From Candidatus Acidiferrales bacterium (GTDB lineage: Bacteria > Acidobacteriota > Terriglobia > Acidiferrales > UBA7541): a stretch of 58,980 bases of DNA. The notes under the pieces are model-generated. The model had not been told where the DNA came from. It saw nothing but the letters and a program-made list of their open reading frames with translations, and did no database searches. A program made the translations under genes and the position numbers. Positions 52,494-58,980 of the stretch are shown here, piece after piece. The number at the start of each line of letters is the position of its first letter. The stretch's first letter is position 1. The stretch lies in assembly GCA_050011035.1 (NCBI GenBank), contig JBEKJW010000008.1:1-58980 (forward strand), written 5' to 3'.

Positions 52494-53715
52494 AGATCAG
52501 GGAGGCGTTGGTGCCGCCGAAGCCGAAGGAATTGCTGAGGGCGTAGGTGACCGCGGCTTTGCGCGCGACGTTGGGGATGTAATCGAGGTCGCAGGCCGGG
52601 TCGGGCGTTTCGTAATTCGCGGTAGGCGGAAGAATTTGATCGCGCAGCGCGAGGACGCTGATTCCGGCTTCGAGACCGCCGGCGCCGCCGAGCAAATGGC
52701 CGGTCATCGACTTCGTGGAACTGATAGGAACTTTTTTGGCACGGTCGCCGAAAACGCGCTTGAGCGCGGCGGTTTCGATGGCGTCACCAAGCGGCGTGGA
52801 AGTGCCGTGGGCGTTGACGTAGTCGACCTGATCGGGCGTGATTCCGGCGTCCTTAAGGGCGGCCATGCTGACGCGATAGCCGCCGTCGCCGCCTTCCGCG
52901 GGCTGGGTGATGTGGTAAGCGTCGCCGGACATGCCATAGCCCACGATTTCCGCGATGATTTTTGCGCCGCGATTTTTCGCGAATTCCAAATCCTCGAGGA
53001 TCAACACACCGGCGCCTTCGCCGACGATGAAACCGTCGCGCGCCGCTTCGAACGGGCGGCTGGCTTTTTCAGGCGCGTCATTGCGCGTGGAAAGGGCGCG
53101 CATGGCGGCGAAACCGCCGACGGACATAGGCGTTATGGCGGCTTCGGTGCCGCCGGTGATCATCACGTCAGCCGCGCCGCGCTGAATGATTTTGAACGCG
53201 TCACCGATGGCGTGCGCGGAAGCGGAGCACGCCGTGGCGGTAGCGGAGTTCGGCCCCTTTGCGCCGTAGCGGATGGAGACGTGGCCTGACGCGAGGTTGA
53301 CGATCGTCGCGGGAATGAAGAACGGCGAAATTTTTCCCGGGCCGCCGGCGAGATATTTGGAGTGTTCGCGCTCGATGACGTCGAAACCGCCGATGCCGGA
53401 GCCGATATAGACGCCGGTCTGGTCGGCGTTTTTTTCGTCGACTGCAAGGCCGGACATCTTCATGGCGAATTCGGAAGCGGCGAGAGCGAGCTGGATGAAA
53501 CGGCCGGTCTTCTTCAGCTCTTTCTTTTCGAGCCAGTTGAGAGGATCGAAGCCTTTCACTTCTCCGGCGATGCGGCAGTCGAAAGCGGTGGGGTCAAAAT
53601 GCGTGATGGGCCCGATACCGCTTTTGGCCGCAAGCAGATTGGTCCAGACTTCCTCGGTCCCGATACCGCATCCGCAGACCAGTCCTACTCCCGTGACGAC
53701 AACTCGGCGATTCAA
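52477..53715 (-). CDS. fabF: Beta-ketoacyl-ACP synthase II
   Basis: Active-site ATACSASAHAIGDA, HGTSTPLGD and KSMTGHLLGGAG. 412 aa. Confidence 0.95.
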   Translation of the reverse strand: MNRRVVVTGVGLVCGCGIGTEEVWTNLLAAKSGIGPITHFDPTAFDCRIAGEVKGFDPLNWLEKKELKKTGRFIQLALAASEFAMKMSGLAVDEKNADQTGVYIGSGIGGFDVIEREHSKYLAGGPGKISPFFIPATIVNLASGHVSIRYGAKGPNSATATACSASAHAIGDAFKIIQRGAADVMITGGTEAAITPMSVGGFAAMRALSTRNDAPEKASRPFEAARDGFIVGEGAGVLILEDLEFAKNRGAKIIAEIVGYGMSGDAYHITQPAEGGDGGYRVSMAALKDAGITPDQVDYVNAHGTSTPLGDAIETAALKRVFGDRAKKVPISSTKSMTGHLLGGAGGLEAGISVLALRDQILPPTANYETPDPACDLDYIPNVARKAAVTYALSNSFGFGGTNASLIFKRWE

Positions 53716-53754
53716 ACGGCACTCCTGTTCGGATTGGTAAAACCGGCGGACGGC

Positions 53755-53997
53755 TTACTTGCTTTTCGCGTGCTTCTCGATGTATTCGTTCGCGTCTTTC
53801 ACCGTGGCGATTTTTTCGGCGTCCTCATCGGGAATTTCGATCCCGAAGTTTTCTTCGAAAGCCATCACGAGCTCGACGGTGTCGAGCGAATCCGCGCCCA
53901 AGTCATCCACAAATGAAGCGGTCGGAGTGACTTCAGCTTCATCTACTCCGAGTTGTTCGACGATAATCTGCTTCACGCGTTCTTCGACGCTGGCCAT
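53755..53997 (-). CDS. acpP: Acyl carrier protein
   Basis: [18 protein letters not shown] phosphopantetheine site. 80 aa. Confidence 0.95.
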   Translation of the reverse strand: MASVEERVKQIIVEQLGVDEAEVTPTASFVDDLGADSLDTVELVMAFEENFGIEIPDEDAEKIATVKDANEYIEKHAKSK

Positions 53998-54161
53998 TCT
54001 GATCTTTCCTCCGTTTCAGCTATCTGAGGCCTCCGGGCCCCAGCCAAGGCGAACGATGCCACCTGAACAACCTTAACATTTTAAGCGTGGCGCAATGCTG
54101 GGTCAACTTATCACGAGGGGCACGCGCAGCGAAGTCTAAAGAATTTACGAGCGAAAAGGAG

Positions 54162-54908
54162 CTAGCCCATGTACATGCCGCCGTTGACGTCGAGGACTTG
54201 GCCGGTGATGTAGGCGGCTTCGTCGCTGGCGAGGAACATGACGGCGGAAGCGACTTCCTTGTCGGTGCCGAAGCGGCCCAGAGGAATCATGGACTTCATT
54301 TTGTCTTTGAGTTCCTGCGAGAGCGGGTCGGTCATGGGCGTTTCGATGAAGCCGGGCGCGACGGCGTTGACGGTGATGCTGCGCGAGGCGACTTCGACGG
54401 CGATGGCGCGAGTGAGGCCGATGAGGCCGGCCTTCGAGGAGACGTAGTTGGCCTGGCCGGCGTTGCCGGTCTGCGCGACGACGGAAGTGATGTTGACGAT
54501 ACGGCCGTAGCGCGCCTTGAGCATCGCGCCGAGCGCTTGCTGAATGCAGAGATACGCGCCGGTGAGGTTGGTGCGAAGCACGGCGTCCCAGTCTTCGACC
54601 TTCATACGAAGAGCGAGCGTGTCGCGGGTGATGGCGGCGTTGTTGACGAGGACGTCGAGCTTGCCAAATTTCGCGAGGACGGCGGCGAAGGCGGTCTTGA
54701 CCTGAGCGGGGTCAGCGACGTCGAGAGGGACGGCGAGCGCTTCTCCGCCCGCGGCTTCGATCTCCTTCACGAGTTCTTCAAGCTTTGCGACTTGGCGCGC
54801 AGCGACGGCAACCTTCGCGCCGGACGATGCGAAGGCGAGCGCCGTGGCGCGGCCGATTCCCTGCGACGCGCCGGTGATGAGAGTAACTTTTTCTTTCAGA
54901 GAACACAT
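54162..54908 (-). CDS. fabG: 3-oxoacyl-ACP reductase
   Basis: Start at the ATG at 54908 (MCSLKEKVTLITGASQGIGRA). NNAAI and YVSSKAG SDR motifs. 248 aa. Confidence 0.93.
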   Translation of the reverse strand: MCSLKEKVTLITGASQGIGRATALAFASSGAKVAVAARQVAKLEELVKEIEAAGGEALAVPLDVADPAQVKTAFAAVLAKFGKLDVLVNNAAITRDTLALRMKVEDWDAVLRTNLTGAYLCIQQALGAMLKARYGRIVNITSVVAQTGNAGQANYVSSKAGLIGLTRAIAVEVASRSITVNAVAPGFIETPMTDPLSQELKDKMKSMIPLGRFGTDKEVASAVMFLASDEAAYITGQVLDVNGGMYMG

Positions 54909-54942
54909 TTTAGGATCAACCTCTCGAGGGCGATTGCCATAT

Positions 54943-55425
54943 CTACTCGAACCGGTCCGTAAGCTGCTCGACGCCCGGGTCCATCGTGCGGAATTCCACA
55001 AATTCGTCGTGGCTTACAAAAACCCAGCGGCGAGAATCCAGGATATAAAAGTCCCATCCACAAATCAGCGCGACCTCCACGAAGTTCGTAAGGTCAACAA
55101 TTTCGTGGCGCAGAAATACTTGAGCGGGCGCTTCTTCAATTCGCCGAAGTTCGCCGTAACTCTGACGTAAGCGATAGAACAAAGACCAGTTCTCACTGCT
55201 CGGCCAAACGCCTGTTTGGGTGACCCACAAGAGTGACTCTCGAACCGGGTCAGTAAAGGATGCGATGAAGCCGCTCGCCCATGTGAGGCGTGCCCAGTTG
55301 CTACCAGTCAAAGGCTTTCGAACTCTGTGACTCCATTTGCTCTGATCCGGTTCCCGACTGGAATCGAGGCTGAGACCTTTACTCCCACACCATAGTTCGG
55401 CTTCAGATTTGGTTAAACACCACAT
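54943..55425 (-). CDS. Orphan hypothetical protein (Trp-rich, 160 aa) inserted between fabD and fabG
   Basis: The ORF starts 17 nt after the fabD stop and ends 34 nt before the fabG start, on the same strand. My hand count over 55021-55220 gives about 51% G+C, versus about 62% in fabD (55601-55700). Confidence 0.6.
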   Translation of the reverse strand: MWCLTKSEAELWCGSKGLSLDSSREPDQSKWSHRVRKPLTGSNWARLTWASGFIASFTDPVRESLLWVTQTGVWPSSENWSLFYRLRQSYGELRRIEEAPAQVFLRHEIVDLTNFVEVALICGWDFYILDSRRWVFVSHDEFVEFRTMDPGVEQLTDRFE

Positions 55426-55442
55426 TTGAATGGATCGTCAGA

Positions 55443-56402
55443 CTAACTCGCCGGCGGCGCGTTGCGGTCCTGTGTGATTTTTTCGATCGTTGCGTTGAGG
55501 CTGGCCGCGTCTTCGACGTTCAATGCGCGAACCGATCGATCGATCTGGCGAAGCAGTCCACAGAGCACCTTGCCGGGGCCGACTTCGACGAAAACGCTGA
55601 CGCCCGCTTCGATCATCTCGCGAATTGAATCGAGCCATCGGACGGGCGAGGTGACCTGGCGGATGAGCGATTCGCGCGCTTCGTCGCCGGTGGTGATGGC
55701 TTCGGCGTCGACGTTGGTGATGAGCGGAAATTTCAAGCTCGAAAAGCGCGCGGCGCGCAAATCGGTTTCGAGGCGCTTCTGCGCGGGCATCATCAATGCG
55801 CAATGGAAGGGCGCGGAGACGGGCAAAATCACGGCGCGCTTGGCGCCGGATTGCGAGGCGATCTCGACGGCGCGTTTGACCGCGGCGGCGGCGCCGGAAA
55901 TGACGGTCTGCTCGGGCGAATTGAGGTTCGCGGGCGAGACGACTTCGCCTTGCGAGGCCTTTTTGCAGACGTCGGCAACGTCGGACGGAGCCATGCCGAG
56001 AATCGCGGCCATTGCGCCTTCGCCAGGCGGCACGGCTTCCTGCATGTATCTTCCGCGGGCGCGGACGAGCTTCACGGCATCGGCGAATTCAATTCCGCCG
56101 GCAGCGACGAGCGCTGAATATTCGCCGAGGCTGTGGCCGGCAACGAAATCCGGTACGACGCCGCGCTTTTCAAGAGCGCGATAGGCGGCGATGGAAACGG
56201 AGAGAATTCCGGGCTGCGTGTTTTCGGTGAGCTTCAGCTCTTCTTCGGTGCCTTCAAAGCACATCTTGGAGATGGGAAAGCCGAGCGCGGCGTCAGCCTG
56301 TTCGAGAGCGCCCTGAGATTCGGGAAAATTCTGGGCGAGATCCTTGCCCATGCCGCAGTACTGCGAGGCCTGTCCTGGAAAGAGGAAAGCAACTTTGCTC
56401 AT
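55443..56402 (-). CDS. fabD: Malonyl-CoA:ACP transacylase
   Basis: MSKVAFLFPGQASQY and GHSLGEYSALVAAG. Start set at the ATG at 56402. Confidence 0.93.
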   Translation of the reverse strand: MSKVAFLFPGQASQYCGMGKDLAQNFPESQGALEQADAALGFPISKMCFEGTEEELKLTENTQPGILSVSIAAYRALEKRGVVPDFVAGHSLGEYSALVAAGGIEFADAVKLVRARGRYMQEAVPPGEGAMAAILGMAPSDVADVCKKASQGEVVSPANLNSPEQTVISGAAAAVKRAVEIASQSGAKRAVILPVSAPFHCALMMPAQKRLETDLRAARFSSLKFPLITNVDAEAITTGDEARESLIRQVTSPVRWLDSIREMIEAGVSVFVEVGPGKVLCGLLRQIDRSVRALNVEDAASLNATIEKITQDRNAPPAS

Positions 56403-56422
56403 GAGCGATCGGGTCCGTTCGG

Positions 56423-57436
56423 TCAGCCGCGAGAGGCGACGGCGGAAGCGGAGAGCTCCTGTTCGATTTTTTCGTTGAAGCGAGTGCGGCACAGCTCGGT
56501 GGCGACGCGGATAGCATTTTTGATGGCGACGGCGTTGGAGCGGCCATGGCCGATGATGGTGATGCCGCGAACGCCGAGAAGTGGGGCGCCGCCGGTTTCC
56601 GAGGAGTCTGTGCGTTTGCGGAAGCTGTCGAATGCTTGCTTCGAGAGAACGTAGCCGACCTGCGATGCGATGCTGCTCTTGATGGCTTTTTTGAGCATGC
56701 CGCCGACGTGCTCGACGAGGCCTTCGCTGATCTTCAGCGCGATGTTGCCGATGAAGCCGTCGCAGACGATTACGTCGACGTCACCTTTGAAAACGTCGCG
56801 GCCTTCGACATTGCCGACGAAATTCATCGGCAGCTGTTTCAGGCGGGCCGCGGCTTCGCGAGTGAGTTCGTTGCCCTTCATTTCCTCTTCACCGATCGAA
56901 AGCAGCGCGACGCGCGGGCGCTTCGTGCCCCAGATGGTCCGGTAGTAGATCTCGCCCATGACCGCGAACTGTTCGATCTGCTCGGGCTTGGAGTCGACGT
57001 TCGCGCCAACGTCGAGAATCACAGTGAGCTTTTCCTTGGCGTTGGGAAACGCCGCTGCAAGCGCCGGGCGGTCCACGGCGGCAAGCGTGCCGAGGACGAA
57101 GCGCGCGACCGTCATCACGGCGCCGGTGTTCCCCGCGCTGACCAGAGCTTCGGCTGCACCGTCTTTGACGAGTTTCGCGGCGACATGGACCGAGCTGTCC
57201 TTCTTGCGGCGGAAAGCCTGGGAGGGCGAGTCGCTCATGGTGATCGCCTCAGTGGCGTTCACGACCTCAATGGGAAGGTTGCGGAGGCTGTGTCGGGCAA
57301 GCTCCTGCCTGACGCGATCCTCGAGGCCAACCAGGAGAATGCGCACGCCAAGCTCGCGCGCGGCGAGAATGGACCCTTCTACTTCCGCGCGAGGCGCATG
57401 ATCTCCCCCCATGGCATCGACGGCGATGGTGATCAT
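56423..57436 (-). CDS. plsX: Phosphate acyltransferase PlsX
   Basis: MITIAVDAMGGDHAP and VVCDGFIGN-type motifs (IVCDGFIGNIALK). 337 aa. Confidence 0.93.
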   Translation of the reverse strand: MITIAVDAMGGDHAPRAEVEGSILAARELGVRILLVGLEDRVRQELARHSLRNLPIEVVNATEAITMSDSPSQAFRRKKDSSVHVAAKLVKDGAAEALVSAGNTGAVMTVARFVLGTLAAVDRPALAAAFPNAKEKLTVILDVGANVDSKPEQIEQFAVMGEIYYRTIWGTKRPRVALLSIGEEEMKGNELTREAAARLKQLPMNFVGNVEGRDVFKGDVDVIVCDGFIGNIALKISEGLVEHVGGMLKKAIKSSIASQVGYVLSKQAFDSFRKRTDSSETGGAPLLGVRGITIIGHGRSNAVAIKNAIRVATELCRTRFNEKIEQELSASAVASRG

Positions 57437-57487
57437 TCAGAACACCCTGAGAGCCAACGACCGGTTCGGATCAAAGATGAAGGGAAC

Positions 57488-57676
57488 TTAGGCTGTCTTC
57501 GACGTGGTGTCAATCACTTCACGGCCTTTGTAGTAGCCGCAGGAGGGACAGACGTTATGGGGCAGCTTTTTCTCGTGGCAATTGGGGCAATCGGCCAGAG
57601 AAAGTGGCGTCAGAAAGTCATGGGCGCGGCGCTTGTTCTTGCGCGCATGAGAGTGACGTCGTTTTGGATTCGGCAT
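57488..57676 (-). CDS. rpmF: 50S ribosomal protein L32
   Basis: MPNPKRRHSHARKNKRRAH... with a CPNC...CPSC zinc-ribbon variant. 62 aa. Confidence 0.95.
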   Translation of the reverse strand: MPNPKRRHSHARKNKRRAHDFLTPLSLADCPNCHEKKLPHNVCPSCGYYKGREVIDTTSKTA

Positions 57677-57741
57677 TGCAAAGCTCCTAGTGACAGGCCG
57701 CTACTCAGAGCGGCTTAAAGGTAAGCAACTAGTTTAGCGTC

Positions 57742-58275
57742 TTATTGCTTTTTGAACCAGTCCTGCTTGAGCCGGGCGAGCGGGGCGAGACGTGGGTCGG
57801 CCGCGTGCTTCTCGCAGCGGCATTCTTCGTTATTGAGGTTGGCACCACAGTGAGCGCACAGGCCGCGGCAGTCGCTGCGGCAGATGACCTTCATGGGAAG
57901 GCCGAGGATCACCTGTTCGGCGAGCACGTCCGCCAGGAACATGCCATCCCCTTCATAAAAGGCCACTTCCGTGTCGTCGTCGTTCAGTTTGAACTCTTCA
58001 TTTTCGGGCAGCGAGTTCATCGGGCGGTAATAGAGGTCGAAATCGCGGCTGATTTCTTCGACCACGCCATCCAGGCAACGCGCGCACACCATTTCGACGC
58101 GGGTGTGCAGGTTGCCGTACACGCGGATCTGGTTATCCGCCATCTCGGCGGTAGCACGCACTTCCAGGGGCTCGATCTGGCGGAATTCGCCGGAGTGATA
58201 GTCGATCGTGCCCGGGGCGTAGCTCTTCCGGATCCGGATCTTTCGCAGTGCCAGCTCGTTGATATCGAAGAACAT
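57742..58275 (-). CDS. yceD: YceD/DUF177 family protein (23S rRNA accumulation protein)
   Basis: Canonical position upstream of rpmF. C-terminal CRSDCRGLCAHCGANLN...CRC motif. Confidence 0.88.
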   Translation of the reverse strand: MFFDINELALRKIRIRKSYAPGTIDYHSGEFRQIEPLEVRATAEMADNQIRVYGNLHTRVEMVCARCLDGVVEEISRDFDLYYRPMNSLPENEEFKLNDDDTEVAFYEGDGMFLADVLAEQVILGLPMKVICRSDCRGLCAHCGANLNNEECRCEKHAADPRLAPLARLKQDWFKKQ

Positions 58276-58307
58276 CGATTTTTCCCCGTGTCGGGTACCT
58301 AAATTTG

Positions 58308-58335
58308 ATTATATGTGCGGGGCGAGGGTTGTCAA
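58308..58335 (-). promoter_or_regulatory. Near-consensus sigma-70-type promoter for the yceD-rpmF-plsX-fab operon
   Basis: The minus strand reads TTGACA - 16 nt - TATAAT. The -10 hexamer ends 32 nt upstream of the yceD ATG. Confidence 0.55.
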
Positions 58336-58615
58336 GGAAGGCAGAACTTTTTGATGCGAAGAAGTGATACGTAAGGCACAAAATCTTCGGTGACCGGAGT
58401 GACAAGGACGGTGAGCGGACGACGAACGTTCTTGTGAGTTGGCGCCAAACCGGAAGAGAGATCCTTCGGCCGATGAATCGGCCTCTGGATGACGTCAAAG
58501 GCCGAAGACGACGGACGAGACGGGGACTAACGAGTGGTTGACGAGGCGACGGAGTGATGGGGTGGGAGCTTGCGGCAAAGCGGTAGCTTCGCTCCCGCAC
58601 TCTAAAGGGATCGCA

Positions 58616-58921
58616 CTAGTCGTAGAGGTGGAAAAGACCGTACACGATGAAGGCGGCGCCGGCCGCGTAGAGAAACGTCGTAAGGTAAGCGAGCCAAGGT
58701 GACCATCCGCGCTGGCTCGCTTCCCGGACATATAGCAAAGGTATCTTCCATTGCGCGGCCGTGCCGATAACGCTCGCGCCAACTTTTTGAAGCTTGAGGA
58801 ACATGTGGAAGTACAGGAAGTTCCCCCCAGCCAACAATGCAAAACCGATGAATGGCCACGGGTCGTGCTTCATAAATTCGACCGCGGGCGAATCGAGCGC
58901 GGCAATCGAAGCGGCGGTCAC
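58616..58921 (-). CDS. Small hypothetical membrane protein
   Basis: Three hydrophobic helices (PFIGFALLAGGNFLYFHMF, ..., WLAYLTTFLYAAGAAFIVYGLF). The GTG start overlaps the upstream stop as GTGA. Confidence 0.55.
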   Translation of the reverse strand: MTAASIAALDSPAVEFMKHDPWPFIGFALLAGGNFLYFHMFLKLQKVGASVIGTAAQWKIPLLYVREASQRGWSPWLAYLTTFLYAAGAAFIVYGLFHLYD

Positions 58922-58980
58922 TGGTCGTGTTGGGGTTGAGAGCGGAGCATTTCTTTGTGCTGGCGGAGGAGGTAGTGGTC
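58918..58980 (-). CDS. 3' end of an unidentified CDS entering from the right edge
   Basis: An open minus-strand frame ...DHYLLRQHKEMLRSQPQHDQ* has its TGA overlapping the next gene's GTG. Only 20 codons are visible. Confidence 0.3.
   Translation of the reverse strand, partial: DHYLLRQHKEMLRSQPQHDQ

Noticed and set aside
52303-57718. + strand ORFs across the fab/plsX operon (52303-53289, 53362-53916, 54087-54962, 55462-56184, 56546-57718)
   Set aside because: They lie antisense to fabF, acpP, fabG, fabD and plsX, all of which have textbook motifs on the minus strand.

Overview
High-GC (about 60%) chromosomal segment, densely coding on both strands. I count about 50 CDS and 1 tRNA, and I recognise no rRNA, CRISPR array, transposase or integrase. 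The gene content suggests Acidobacteriota (inference): a CarboxypepD_reg-type TonB-dependent receptor, an Acidobacterial-type VWFA protein and many secreted hypothetical proteins.

Gene order, left to right:
- An N-acetylhexosamine/chito-oligosaccharide utilisation locus: TBDR, GntR/HutC regulator, ROK kinase, Na+/solute symporter, GH20 hexosaminidase.
- tRNA-Glu(CUC), a SAM methyltransferase and a coiled-coil porin-like outer-membrane protein.
- A block of secreted/membrane proteins: double zinc-ribbon protein, coiled-coil anchor, VWA protein, PDZ-retropepsin protease, Lon-like protease, AI-2E transporter.
- Cytochrome c and a class-V aminotransferase.
- The rod-shape cluster mreB-mreC-mreD ... 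mrdA-rodA, followed by an RNase G/E homologue.
- A small toxin-antitoxin-like pair, folD-coaE, a clan GH-A glycosidase, an HtrA protease and a DUF374 acyltransferase-like protein.
- ETF-QO plus etfB-etfA, then the yceD-rpmF-plsX-fabD-(orphan)-fabG-acpP-fabF operon.

Most noteworthy observations:
1. The RNase G/E homologue carries a ~550-aa low-complexity insertion splitting its S1 domain.
2. The mre/mrd operon is split by a 5.8-kb opposite-strand insert. It encodes a 1487-aa propeller/lectin/CBM surface protein and a hypothetical partner.
3. Two copies of an ~80-nt three-arm palindromic repeat lie in the 690-nt gap between etfA and ETF-QO.
4. A translationally coupled RHH-plus-unknown small-protein pair has tandem operator-like repeats and a probable leaderless start.
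5. A lower-GC orphan gene is wedged between fabD and fabG.
6. Three copies of a 10-bp palindromic box lie in the divergent promoter of the GntR/TBDR locus.

All functional calls rest on motif recognition in the translated ORFs. No database search was run.
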